A DNA stretch of 64,000 bases. Origin: an uncultured delta proteobacterium (GTDB taxonomy: Bacteria; Myxococcota; Myxococcia; Myxococcales; Anaeromyxobacteraceae). The notes under the pieces are model-generated. The model had not been told where the DNA came from. It made no database searches and saw only the letters and a program-made list of their open reading frames with translations. Below, one piece after another: positions 38,314-49,150 of this stretch. The position numbers and the translations under genes are program-made. Position 1 is the stretch's first letter. The number at the start of each line of letters is the position of its first letter. Location: positions 192,001-256,000 of the forward strand of contig CAVYBH010000015.1 of assembly GCA_963766715.1 (NCBI GenBank), in the 5' to 3' direction.

Positions 38314-38329
38314 TGCACGGCGGGTGCCA
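38314..38329 (-). promoter_or_regulatory. Putative sigma54 promoter for wecB-STAS-dehydrogenase-epimerase
   Basis: TGGCACC-CGCC-GTGCA. Confidence 0.65.
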
Positions 38330-38361
38330 GCGCCCCGCGCGACCGATCGTTCCGGAACGCG

Positions 38362-39634
38362 TCAGTGCGGGGAGGCGGGCTGTGCCGCCGAGAGCGACTG
38401 CACCGCTTCGGAACGGCGTCCGCGGTACAGGCGGAACACCCGCGGCCCGGCGAGGTACACGCCGAGCACGCAGGCCTCGGCGACGAAGGTGGCGATGGCC
38501 GCGCCCAGCGCGCCCCGGGTGGGGATGAGGAACAGGTTCACGGCCACGTTGGCGACGGCCGCGAGCCCCTGGCCGAACGGCATCACCTTCTCGCGCCCGG
38601 AGGCGACCAGGCGGCGCGAGAGGAAGGCCGTCTGGACCTGCAGGACGCTCGCCGCGAGCAGCCAGGCGAAGGCCGGGGCCGCGTCGCTCCAGCCCTTGCC
38701 GTAGAGCAGGGTGATGAAGGCGCCGGCGAAGGGCAGGAGGAGGAGCGGCCCGGCCGAGAGCCCGATCGAGGCGAGGATCCCGAGCTTGCGGGCGCGCGCC
38801 CGCGCCGCGGGATCGGCGGAGACCAGCCCCGGGAAGAGCGCCATGGCGAACGCGCCCGCGCCGGTGGCGACCCCGTTGATGACCCGGTAGGCGCCGCCGT
38901 AGAGGCCGAGCTGCACCGGCGTCGAGAGCCCCTCGAGGAAGATCATGTCGATCCGGGAGGAGATGGAGCCGAAGACCGAGGAGAGGCCGATCCACCGCCC
39001 GCGCCGGCTGAAGTGCTCGCGCACCGCCTGCGTCCTTGCGGGGGCGGAGCGGGAAGAGGTTCCGGTGGACGAGGAGCGCCCGCCCGGAGGCGAGCGTGAT
39101 CGCGCCGGCGAGCTGGCCGCCCATGGCCAGGAGGAGGTTCCCGCGCCAGGCCCCCCAGGCGACGCCCGCGAGCATCACGGCGCGCGACACCACGATCACC
39201 GGGAGGTCCCGCGCCGAGGCGCCGCGCCCCAGGATGGAGTAGTTGAAGGTCGAGGCCAGCCCGTTCACGATGAGCGCCAGGAGCGCGAGCGCCAGCGAGC
39301 CGGCGCCCTCCGCGTCGAGGCGCAGCCCGGCCCCGATGGCCAGGCCGGCCGCGACCGTGATGGCCGTGCCCTTGGCGAGCGCGGCGAGCGAGCCCTCCAG
39401 GACGGCGCCCGGCTCGTGCTTCCGGCCGGCGTAGAGGGTGATGGCGACCTCGCCGGCGCCGAAGAGCAGCACGATGGCCAGGATGCCCGCCACCGCCAGC
39501 GCGAAGGTGTAGTGCCCCATCGCGACCGGGCCGAGCGCGCGGGCGACCATCACGCCGGCGGCGACCTGGCTCGCCATGTCGACGACCTGGACGGCCATGG
39601 TGGCGGCGGCGGGGGGCAGGCGAAGTCGCTTCAC
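38362..39634 (-). CDS. Wzx-type flippase (frameshift ~39030)
   Basis: VARALGPVAMGHY, many TM segments, RIDMIFL...LGLYGGAYR, LNxxLIP-type motif VNLFLIPTRGALGAAIAT. Confidence 0.85.
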
Positions 39635-40757
39635 GGCAGGCACTCCTCGAACAGGCGCCGGTAGGCGGAGGCCTTGGCGGCGAAGGTGAACTCGGCCTGG
39701 ATGCGGCGGCGCGCCTCTTCCCCCATCCGGCGCGCGCCGTCGGGGTCGGAGAGGAGCTCCACGACGCGGGCGGCGAGCCGCCCCGGGTCCCGCGGCGGCA
39801 CCAGGTAGCCTCCGCGCCCCTCCTCGAGGATCTCCCGGGTGCCTCCCACGTCCGTGGCCACGATGGGGACGGCGCAGGCGCCCGCCTCCAGGACCACGTT
39901 GGGCATCCCCTCCGTGTGGGAGGACTGCACGAAGAGGTCGGCGGCGGGGAGCAGCCGGTCCACGTCGTCCGCGGAAGCCCGCCAGCACGAAGCGATCCCG
40001 AAGACCCGCGGCCTGGATCGCCGCGGCCAGGTCGGCGCGCAGCGGGCCCTCTCCCACCAGCACGAACCCCACCCCGGGCAGGCGGTCCACCACCTGCCGG
40101 GCCGCCGCGCACGAGGTCGGCGAAGCCCTTCTCCGGGCTGAGGCGGCCGGCGGCGATCACGACGTGCTGGGGGCGCGACGGGAAGAGGGCCTCGAGCTCC
40201 CTCCGGACGGCGGGGTCGGCCGGCGCGAAGCGGGAGGTGTCGATGGCGTTCCGGATGACCACCACCCGGTCGGCGCGGATCCCGGCCTCCTGCACCCGCT
40301 GCCCCTGCCGCTCCGACACGGCCACCACCCGGCGCGCGCCGCGCATGAAGAGCTTGTCGATGGCCTCGTTCACCCGGACCCGGAAGGAGGCGCCGGTCCA
40401 CCCGTGGGCCACGGCGATCTGCGGCACGCCCGCGCGGCGGGCGGCCAGGAACCCGACCAGGTCGGTCTTGTAGCCATGGGTGATGACGACGTCCGGGCGG
40501 AGCCGGCGCAGGACGCCGTCGACCTCGCGGATCGCGCCGCGCAGCGGGCGGCCGGTGGAGGCGAGCAGTTCCGACTCGATGCCCACCTCGCGCAGGCGAT
40601 CGTGGAACGCCCTCCCCTCGGGGAAGCCGACGAAGATCGTCCGCTCCGCCCCGCGCTGGGCGGCGGCGAGGCCGAGCATCTGCCGCTCCGGGCCTCCCAG
40701 GAAGGGCGAGGCCACGAGGTGCACGACGACGCGCGGGCGAGGGGAGGTCGCGGTCAT
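39631..40757 (-). CDS. GT4 glycosyltransferase (frameshifted)
   Basis: GGPERQ, IRNAID, GRLSPEKG, EGMPNVVLEA. Confidence 0.88.
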
Positions 40758-40760
40758 GGC

Positions 40761-41486
40761 TCAGGCCGCCGCGACGGGGAGGAGCGCCACGGGCCGCAGG
40801 TCGCGAACCGGCTTGGCCGGGATCCCGGCCACCAGGGTGAACGGGGGCACGTCCCGGGTGACGATCGAGCCAGCGCCCACCACCGCGCCCTCGCCGATGG
40901 TGACGCCCGGCATGATCTTGCACCCGTGACCGATCCAGACGTCGTCCCCGATGGTGACCGGGCGGATCTGGTCGGGCTCGACGCCCTGGACGCGCCGCCG
41001 GGCGGCGTCGAGCGGGTGGCCCGGGTTGTCGGCGATGAAGACCTCGTTGGCGATGAGCACGTGGTTCCCGATGGTCACCTTGCTGCCCACGCTGATGGAG
41101 ACCCGGTGGCCCAGGTAGGTCTTGTTCCCGATCTCCAGCACCGGGTTCCTGCCCGCGCTGGTCGACACGAAGCTGGAGATGGCGTTCATCGTGCAGTCGT
41201 CGCCGATGCGGATGCGGATGTCGCCGTAGACGTAGGGCGCCCCCAGGTCGACCCGCAGGTTCTTGCCCACCTTCTCGCAGCGGGCCCGGAACATGGGCTG
41301 GTAGTAGAGGCAGCGGGTGATCCAGCGGAAGGCGCCGCGGATCCCGTGATGCGCGTACCACACGGGGAGGAAGATCACCCGGGGTGCGGGCATCTCGAGG
41401 GTGCGAAGCCGCTTGGCGGCGCGGTAGGCGAGGTCGGCCATCGGCGTCTCGCGCCGCTTCACCTTGCGGATGAGGTCCTGGATCAT
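40761..41486 (-). CDS. Hexapeptide-repeat O-acetyltransferase (SypM-like)
   Basis: IADNPGHPLD, VTIGDDVWIG, PGVTIGEGAVVGAGSIVTRDVP. Confidence 0.88.
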   Translation of the reverse strand: MIQDLIRKVKRRETPMADLAYRAAKRLRTLEMPAPRVIFLPVWYAHHGIRGAFRWITRCLYYQPMFRARCEKVGKNLRVDLGAPYVYGDIRIRIGDDCTMNAISSFVSTSAGRNPVLEIGNKTYLGHRVSISVGSKVTIGNHVLIANEVFIADNPGHPLDAARRRVQGVEPDQIRPVTIGDDVWIGHGCKIMPGVTIGEGAVVGAGSIVTRDVPPFTLVAGIPAKPVRDLRPVALLPVAAA

Positions 41487-42823
41487 GACGAGGCTCCTGG
41501 GGAAACGGGGACGGCGGGCAGGCTGCGCTCGGTCGCTGCGACGAGCGCGAGCAGGATGAAGGTGAACCAGCTCCAGCACTGGGAGAGGAAGAAGGCGGAG
41601 ATGAAGAAGGCCACCACGGTGGGGAAGAGCGACCCCGCCGCGGCCCGCTCCAGCGGGTCCTCGAGCTCCTGGCGGCGTCCCCGCACCCGGAAGGCCGACC
41701 TGAAGGTCAGCACCACCATGGCCACGAAGGGCACGAAGCCGACGATGCCGGTCTCGGCGGCGGCCTTGACGAAGGAGTTGTGGGCCTCGAGCTTGTGCCA
41801 GATGACCGCGTTGGTGACGTATCGCGGGTAGTTGTCGGCGAACCGGTCGTAGCCGACGCCCAGGATGGGGCGGGCCTTCACCATCCGCATGCCCGCCATC
41901 CAGGCGTCGAGCCGCCCCTGCGCCGACTCGTCGATCCCGTCCCCGTCCCCGCCGCCGCTCGAGCGCTTGGACATGCCGGACGCGGCCATGAGCACGGCCA
42001 TGCCCACGGCCAGGATCCCGAACTGCACCGCGCGGCTCCTCACCTTCTCGCGGAGGAGGATGAAGGCGGCCGCGCCCATTCCCAGGAACCCGCCGCGGGA
42101 CTGGGTCGAGACGATCCCCGAGACCACCGCGAGCAGGAGGACCCCGTAGAGCCAGCGCTTTGGCCCCTTCGTCGCCATCACCGCGCTGGCCAGGAACGGC
42201 ATGCCCATGAGCAGGCAGAGGGCCAGGTCGTTGGGATCCCCGAGGAGGCCGACGAAACCGGCGCGGCTGCCCTCGATGGTGGCCTGACCGGTGACCTTGG
42301 CGACCAGTGCGTAGACCCCGAGGGAGGCGGTGGCCACGCCGATGGTGGTGAGGGTGGTCGCGGCGCGCCCCGGCGTGGTGACCAGGTTCAGGATGAGGAC
42401 GTAGAGGATGATGATCTTGACGAAGACGTCCTGGAAGAGTCCGAGGCTGGTGCCGGGGTCGGTCCCCAGGAACGACGAGGCGAGCAGCGCCAGGGTCAGC
42501 CAGACGAAGTAGCGGTCGAGCTTGCACCGCACCCACGAGACGTCCTGGCGGACCATCTTCTCGATGGCCCAGAGCCCGAGCGCCCCCAGGGCCAGCATCT
42601 TGGCGGGCTGCAGCACCGCCAGCGCCGGCACGATGTCGGCGGGACGGAGCAGGAGCATGAGCATGAAGCCGAGCAGCGCCCGGAACGGGCTCGCGAAGAC
42701 CCAGACCGCGAGCGCGGCGCCGATCACCGCGCCGGCCGGCGCGAGGGGGTGGAACGCGGCCAGGGAGCCGACGCCGGCCGCACTCGCGGCACCCGCCGCG
42801 GCCATGGCCGGCCCTCGCCTCAC
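41483..42823 (-). CDS. O-antigen ligase/Wzy-family membrane protein (SypL-like)
   Basis: Multiple TM segments, GDPNDLA, TQSRGG, DESAQGR, PILGVG, AHNSF. Confidence 0.85.
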   Translation of the reverse strand: MRRGPAMAAAGAASAAGVGSLAAFHPLAPAGAVIGAALAVWVFASPFRALLGFMLMLLLRPADIVPALAVLQPAKMLALGALGLWAIEKMVRQDVSWVRCKLDRYFVWLTLALLASSFLGTDPGTSLGLFQDVFVKIIILYVLILNLVTTPGRAATTLTTIGVATASLGVYALVAKVTGQATIEGSRAGFVGLLGDPNDLALCLLMGMPFLASAVMATKGPKRWLYGVLLLAVVSGIVSTQSRGGFLGMGAAAFILLREKVRSRAVQFGILAVGMAVLMAASGMSKRSSGGGDGDGIDESAQGRLDAWMAGMRMVKARPILGVGYDRFADNYPRYVTNAVIWHKLEAHNSFVKAAAETGIVGFVPFVAMVVLTFRSAFRVRGRRQELEDPLERAAAGSLFPTVVAFFISAFFLSQCWSWFTFILLALVAATERSLPAVPVSPGASS

Positions 42824-44271
42824 GGGCGCCTCGCGAGCGCAGCGTGCCGATCAGGTCGACGCCGGCGATGGTCGCCACCCGGTCGCGTCGGACGACGCCC
42901 GAGAGGAGCTCCGCCACGGCCGCCAGGACGATGCCCAGGACGACGCCGGCGAACAGGCCGGCAACGGCGACGATCAGGGTGGCCGGCTTGGTGGAGTGGG
43001 TGGGACGGATGGGCGGCTCGACGATCCACACCTGCCCCTTCTCGTCGAAGAGGGCCAGCTCGCGGGTGACGAGCGCGTCCTCGTACTTCACGAGGAGATC
43101 GCGGTAGACCTTGGACTTGCTGTCGACGTCCCGCTGCATGTGGGTGAGGTTCTGCTCGTTGTGGGCGAAGTCGCGGACTTGCTGGTCCGACTGGGCGAGG
43201 CGGCGCTGGAGCGCGGAGACCCTGCCGCGGGCCCCCTCGATCTCGCCGAGCACGGCCTTGTAGACCAGGATGTCGTTGCTGAGCAGGTCGCCCTGCCCGT
43301 CGGGCCCGCCCGCGCCGCGCCGATCGCCGCCGCGGGACGCGGCCATCGCCTCGAGCCGGGGGAGGTCGAGCTCGCTGGCCGGCGCCGGGCCAGCCCCTCG
43401 CGCTCGGCCTCCAGCCGCCGGATGACCGCCCGCTGGGTCTCGAGCTGCGGGTGCTCGTCGGTGTAGCTGGCCCGGAGGTCCCGCTGCCGGGCCTGGGCCT
43501 CGAGCAGCTTCGTCTCCAGCTGGCGCAGCGCGGGGCTCTGGGAACGCAGGCGCGCCTCGGTCAGCGCCTTCTTGCGCAGCGCGGCCTGGAGATCGGTCTC
43601 GGCCTCGTCGAGCGCCCGCTTGAGCTGCAGGGTGGTGTCGAGGTTACTGGTGGAAGACCTCGGGCAGCTCGGTGGCGTTGTCGGCCTTGTAGAGGGCGAG
43701 CTGGTGCTCGTCGACCTCCAGCTCGGCGCGGAGCCGCTCGATCTGGACCCGGAGGAACTCGGCCGACTCGGCGATGGACTGCTTCTGCGGTCGCATCATC
43801 TCGGCGATGAAGGTCGCGACGAGGACGTTCAGCGTCTGGTAGGTGGCCTCGGGGCTTCCCTGGGTGACCGAGAGCTGGGCCATGGTGTTGGCCACGCCGA
43901 AGACCTCGACCTCCTTGCGGAAGGCCGAGACCTTGAGCTCGATCGACGGGTCGGTGTCCTGGTCGGTGATCGCCCGGTCTGGCGCAGCACCTTCTCGAGC
44001 GTGGACTGGCCGCGGATGAGCTCCTGCAGCACCTGGATCCGGTTCTTCACGTTCCAGTCGACCATCTTGTCGTTCAGGATGGGGTTCACCGCCTTGCTCT
44101 CCTGGATGAGCACCTTGGCGGTGGCCTTGTACCGGTTGGGCATTGCCTTGTTCACGCCACTGCCACGGCCGGCGTGACCAGCACGGCGAGAGCACCATGA
44201 GCCAGCGGCGCTTCATGGCGGTGCCGATGAGCGACCAGGTGCTGGCCTGCGGCGGGGGCCTCCGGCTTCAC
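42820..44271 (-). CDS. Polysaccharide co-polymerase (GumC/Wzc periplasmic type, SypO-like; many frameshifts)
   Basis: YKATAKVLIQE...NP, coiled coil SAEFLRVQIERLRAEL, YTDEHP, IVEPPIRPT plus C-terminal TM segment. Confidence 0.85.
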
Positions 44272-44877
44272 GCGTGCCCCCTGTCGGTGGCGGGCCGCAG
44301 GAGGCGGCGCCCTTCCCCGCGGTCCGGCCGCCCGGAGAACATCTGGCGGACGGCGCTGGTCCGGCGCCTGAGCGCACCGAGGAGCGACGGCAGCCCGCGG
44401 TCGTCGCGGTCGTTCCAGACCACGCCGAGCGGGGGAATCCCGAGAGCGTCCAGGCGGGCGCGGAGCTGCGCGACCTCCGACTCGGTGGTGCGGCCGGCGA
44501 GGAGGACGATGAGCGCGCCGTCGATGGCCGAGAGCCACTCCGGCGAGAGGCGGATCCCGCCGTCGCCGTCGAGCAGCGCGGCGCCGTCGATGATCACCCG
44601 GGTCGTGGCCGGCACGTCGCCGGGCGCGGTCGCCTGGACGGTCTCGGTGTCGAGGAAGCGCCAGGCGCCCGGCTCGGCGGCGCCCAGCGCCACCGCGAGC
44701 GTGTAGAAGAGGCGGCTCTTCCCGTCCCCGTTGCGCGCCGAGACGATGAGGATGTAGCGGCTGGTGGCCGGCGCGCAGGGCCGCGGCCACGCCCTCGGCG
44801 AGCAGCCGGCGGGCCAGCACGTCCTTCTTGGACGCGGATTCCGGGGCGGACTGGTCCTGGCGGGAGATGGAGCGCAT
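44268..44877 (-). CDS. Stand-alone BY-kinase-like P-loop protein (SypD/CpsD-like; frameshift ~44770)
   Basis: IVSARNGDGKS Walker A, VIIDG Walker B, GRTTE, LGVVWND. Confidence 0.7.
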
Positions 44878-44893
44878 GGCTGGCAGGGGCCAT

Positions 44894-44909
44894 TGCAACC
44901 CCCGATCCA
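44894..44909 (-). promoter_or_regulatory. Putative sigma54 promoter for the leftward EPS operon
   Basis: TGGATCG-GGGG-TTGCA. Confidence 0.6.
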
Positions 44910-44917
44910 GCCGGAGC

Positions 44918-45014
44918 GTTCACCATTGGAACACCTCGGCGATCCCGCCCGGGTCGGTCGGGAGCGCCGCACCCGCCGACATGCCGGATCGGAACAGACG
45001 ACCGGGAATGGAAC
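44918..45014. promoter_or_regulatory. Candidate enhancer sites (GTTCC-N5-GGAAC variants) between divergent sigma54 promoters
   Basis: GTTCA-CCATT-GGAAC (44918), ATGCC-GGATC-GGAAC (44981), half-site GGAAC (45010). Confidence 0.55.
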
Positions 45015-45047
45015 GCGCTCCCCGACCCGGCCGGGGGGAAATGTCGT

Positions 45048-45063
45048 TGGTACGCCACTTGCC
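45048..45063 (+). promoter_or_regulatory. Putative sigma54 promoter for the rightward EPS operon
   Basis: TGGTACG-CCAC-TTGCC, near consensus. Confidence 0.75.
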
Positions 45064-45076
45064 AGGGAAGCCGACC

Positions 45077-46188
45077 ATGAACCGGCGACTTCGAGTGGCG
45101 CAGCTCATCCAGTACTACGGCATCGGCGGCATCGAGCGCATGGTGGAGGGGCTCGTCCCCGCCTTCCATGCACGCGGCGTGGATACGGTGGTCGCCGCCT
45201 ACCGGGGCGACGGCCCGGTCCGGGCCGCCATCGAGGCCCGGGGCGCCCAGGCCATCCTGCTCCCGGGGCGGGCGGGGCTCGACCCGCTCCTCCCCTTTCG
45301 CCTGTCCCGCTGGCTGCGCGAGTCCGGCGCCGACGTGCTCCACACCCACCACCTGGGACCCTTCCTCTACGGAGCCGCGGCTGCCCGTCTCGCCGGCCTG
45401 CCCCACGTCCACACCGAGCACTCCCACGAGATCTACGATGCGCCGCGGCGGCTGGAGGTCGCGAGGCGGATGGACGATCACGCCACGGTGATCGCGGTCT
45501 CCGAGGAGGTCGCCTCCTGGCGGGAGTCCAGGCTCGGCCGGCGGTGCGCCGTCATCCCGAACGGCGTGCCCGTCCCGGCCGCGTCCACGCCCGAGGTGCG
45601 GGCCCGCGCCCGCGCCCTGCTGGGCGTCGGAGAGGACGACGTCGTCGCGGGCTGCGTCGCGCGGCTGGCGCCGGAGAAGGATCACGCCACCCTGCTGCGG
45701 GCCCTGCACGCCGCGCTGCCCTCCGCCCCGCGACTTCGGGTCGCCGTCGTGGGCGACGGCGTCGAGCGCCGGCCTCTCCGGGCGCTGGCCGACGCGCTCG
45801 GCCTTGGCGACCGCGTCCTCTTCCTCGGGGCCCGCTCCGACGTCGCGGACCTGCTCCCCGGGCTCGACCTCTTCACCCTGACGAGCCGGCGGGAAGGCCT
45901 TCCCCTGGCGCTCCTCGAGGCGCTCGCGCACGGAGTTCCCGCGATCGCGACCGCCGTGGGGGAGATCCCCCAGGTGCTCTCCGAGGGCGCCGGCATCACG
46001 GTACCGCCGGGCGATCCGGCGACCCTGGCGTGGACGCTGGCTCGCGCGCCGCCCTCGACCCGGCCTGGCGCCGGACCGCGGGCGCCTCGGCGCGGCAGCT
46101 CGTCGGAGCCCGCTACTCGATGGCCGCCATGGCCGACAGCTACGTCCACTTCTATCGCTCGGCGCTCCACGCCCGGAGGGCGGCATGA
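45077..46188 (+). CDS. GT4 glycosyltransferase (SypP-like; frameshift ~46050)
   Basis: GGIERM, HTHHLGPFLY, HTEH, IPNGV, ARLAPEKDH, EGLPLALLEA. Confidence 0.9.
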
Positions 46189-47351
46189 CCTGGCTCGTGT
46201 TCGGCGACGACTGGGGGCGCCACCCCTCCACCACCCAGCACCTGGCATCCCAGCTCGGACGCCAGGAGCGCGTGATCTGGATCGACTCGCTCGCCATGCG
46301 CTCTCCGCGCCTGAGCGCCGCCGACGCGAGGAGGATCTGGGATCGGCTTCGCGCCGGGAGGAAGCCGTCCCGCGCCGCTGCCGACCCGTTCTGGATGGTC
46401 CGCCCGCGCCCGCGCGTGCTGCCGTGGCACCTCTCCGCCCCGGCCGCGGCCTGGAACCGGTCGGCGATCTCGAAGGCCGTGAAGGACGCCATGGGGAAGG
46501 AGCTCCCGAAGGTGCTGGTGTCGAACCCGGTGGCGGCCCTCTACCTCGAAGGGGTCCCGCGCTCGGCGCTCGCCTACCTGCGGCTCGACGACTACGCCGA
46601 GCTTCCGGGCGTGGACCCGGGGCTCGCCCGCGTGGCGGAGCGGCGCATGCTGGAGATGGCCGACGTCGTCGTGGGGACGGCGCGCCGGCTCCTCCCGCCG
46701 GGCGTCCCTGGGCTCTACCTTCCGCAGGGGGTCGACGTCGCCCACTTCGGGCGCGTCCCGCTGGAGGTCCCCGAGCAGAAGGTGCTCGGCTTCTTCGGGC
46801 TCCTCGCCCCGTGGATCGACCTCGAGCTGATCGCCGCCGTGGCCCGCGCCGCCCCGGAGTGGACGCTCGAGTTCGTGGGTCGGGCCGACGTCGACACGGC
46901 GCCGCTCCGGTCGCTGCCCAACGTTCGCATCCTCCCCGCGGTGCCGTACTCGGCCCTGCCGGTGGTCATGGGACGCTGGCGCGCCGCCTGGGCGCCGTTC
47001 CGGATGAACGAGCTCACCGCGGCCGTGAACCCGCTCAAGATCCGGGAGTACCTGGCCGCCGGCCTGCCCACCTTCTGCACGCCGCTCCCGGAGGTGCAGG
47101 AGATCCGCGGCGTCCGCCTCGGCAGGACGGCCGCCGACGTGGCCGCCTGGCTGGAAGGCCAGGTCGCGGGCGACTCGCCGGTGTGGCGCGCCGCCCGCCG
47201 CCACGACATCGCCGGGGACTCCTGGGAAGCGCGCGCAGCCGACCTCACCCGCTGCGTCGAGTCCATCCAGGCCCGCATCCGCCTTCCCGGACCCCGAAAC
47301 GCCATCGGCGGCCGGCAGGCCGCCCTCGCCGCACCCGCCTCGGAGAAGTGA
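46185..47351 (+). CDS. Glycosyltransferase (SypN/TuaH-like)
   Basis: LVFGDDWGRHPSTTQHL, PQGVD, NPLKIREYLAAGLP. Confidence 0.85.
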   Translation: MTWLVFGDDWGRHPSTTQHLASQLGRQERVIWIDSLAMRSPRLSAADARRIWDRLRAGRKPSRAAADPFWMVRPRPRVLPWHLSAPAAAWNRSAISKAVKDAMGKELPKVLVSNPVAALYLEGVPRSALAYLRLDDYAELPGVDPGLARVAERRMLEMADVVVGTARRLLPPGVPGLYLPQGVDVAHFGRVPLEVPEQKVLGFFGLLAPWIDLELIAAVARAAPEWTLEFVGRADVDTAPLRSLPNVRILPAVPYSALPVVMGRWRAAWAPFRMNELTAAVNPLKIREYLAAGLPTFCTPLPEVQEIRGVRLGRTAADVAAWLEGQVAGDSPVWRAARRHDIAGDSWEARAADLTRCVESIQARIRLPGPRNAIGGRQAALAAPASEK

Positions 47352-47353
47352 CC

Positions 47354-49148
47354 ATGAACGAGCTCTCCCTCTGGATCGTCTTCGCGCGCCCTCTGCGGCC
47401 TGGCGCTCCTCCCTTACGCAGGCTACCCGCTCCTCGTCCTCCTCTTTCCACGGCGCGAGACCAGGCGGGGCCCTCCCGTGGACGGCGGCGTCACCGTGGT
47501 CATCCCGGCGCGGAACGAGGCCGCGACGCTGGCGGCGAAGATCGACGCCACCCTCGCCCTCGAGCCCCGCTCCCGGATCGTGGAGGTGCTGGTGGGCTCC
47601 GACGGCTCCACCGACGCCACCGCCTCCATCGCGCTCGCCGCGGCGGCTCGCGACCCGCGCGTCCGGCTCGTCGATCGAGGGGTCCGGCGCGGCAAGGCCG
47701 CGGTCATCACCGACCTGGCCCGGCAGGCCCGCGGGGAGTTCGTCCTCTTCACCGACGCCGGCGCCGAGATCTCCCCCGGCGTCCTGCCCGCGCTCCTCGA
47801 CGCCATGCGCGACCCGGAGGTCGCCATCGCCGTCCCCCGCTACGAGACCCGAGGTCACGAGGGGGGCGAGGGCGCCTACTGGCGTCTCCAGACGGCGCTC
47901 AAGAAGGCCGAGTCGGACCGGGGGCTCGTCGTCGGCGCCCACGGCGCCTGCTACCTGGCCCGCCGCGAGCGTGTCCCGCCCCTCCCCTCCGGCACGGTGA
48001 ACGACGACCTTCTCCTTCCCGCGCTGGTCCGCTCTGACGGGGGGCGCGTGGTGTACGTCCACGAGGTCGCCTCCTCGGAGGTCTCCACCTCCGGCGCGCC
48101 GGCCGTGTTCCGGCGGCTGGCCCGCATCTCGCGCGGCAACTGGCAGCTCTTCTCCCGCCACACCGAGCTGCTCTCGCCGCTCCGGCCGCGCCTCGCCTTC
48201 CCGCTGCTCGTCACCAAGCTGCTCCGCATCCTCGGCCCCTGGCTCCTCCTGGGCGCGCTGGCCACCGCCACCGTCGGCGCCATCCACCACGCCTCCTTCC
48301 GCGCCGTGCTCGCCACCGGCCTGGTGGCGCTCCTGGCCGCCTCCTTCGCTCTCTGGCGGCAGCTCCGCGGCGAGACCGTCTCCGGGCCGATCGCCCTGCT
48401 CGGCTACGGCCTCCTCGGCCAGGCCGCCACCGCGGTGGGCGCGTGGCAGGCGCTGCGCGGCGGGCAGGGCGTGGGCTGGGAGTCGGTGGACGGGGAGGTC
48501 CTGGGGGACGTGCCCCCGCCTCTCCCGCTCAGCGTCCGCGGCGCCAAGCGAACCCTCGACGTGCTCGGATCGGGGCTGCTCCTGCTCCTCACCTGGCCCT
48601 TCATGCTGGCCTGCGCCGTCGCCGTGAAGGTCAGCTCTCCCGGGCCTGCCGTCTTCCGGCAGGAGCGGGTCCGCCACGACGCGCAGGGGCGCCCGATCTC
48701 CTTCCAGATGTACAAGTTCCGCAGCATGTGGGTGGACGCCGAGGCCCGCAGCGGCCCGGTCTGGGCCACGGTGGCCGACCCTCGCATCACGCCGGTGGGA
48801 CGGTTCCTCCGCAAGGCCCGCCTCGACGAGCTGCCCCAGCTCTGGAACGTGCTGATGGGCGACATGACGCTCGTCGGCCCCCGCCCGGAGCGGCCGTCCT
48901 TCGTGAAGCAGCTCTCCGACATGATCCCCGGCTACACCGACCGCGTCGCCCGCTGCAAGCCGGGCGTGACCGGATGGGCCCAGATTCACTGTGAGTACGA
49001 TACGTCGATCGACAGCGTCCGGACCAAGGTGCTCTACGACCTGGCCTACGTGGCCCACCTCTACGACCTGCGCAGCTACCTCGGCATGGAGGTGAACGTG
49101 GCGCTTCGCACGGTGATGGTGATGGTCAAGGGAAAGGGCGCCCACTAG
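47354..49148 (+). CDS. Fused GT2 glycosyltransferase and priming phosphoglycosyl transferase (SypQ-SypR-like; one N-terminal indel)
   Basis: IPARNE, SDGSTD, FTDA, NDD, then in frame KRTLD, YKFRSM, DPRITPVGRFLRKARLDELPQ, VGPRPER. Confidence 0.88.
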
Positions 49149-49150
49149 CC

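Noticed and set aside
40761..43346. Apparent co-polymerase-acetyltransferase fusion ORF (861 aa)
   Set aside because: The middle is an off-frame read-through of the ligase gene, and each gene has its own overlapping start.
44881..44897. Plus-strand TGGCAGG-GGCCA-TTGCA as a further sigma54 promoter
   Set aside because: The spacer is one base too long for the strict -24/-12 geometry, and the overlapping minus-strand element fits exactly.
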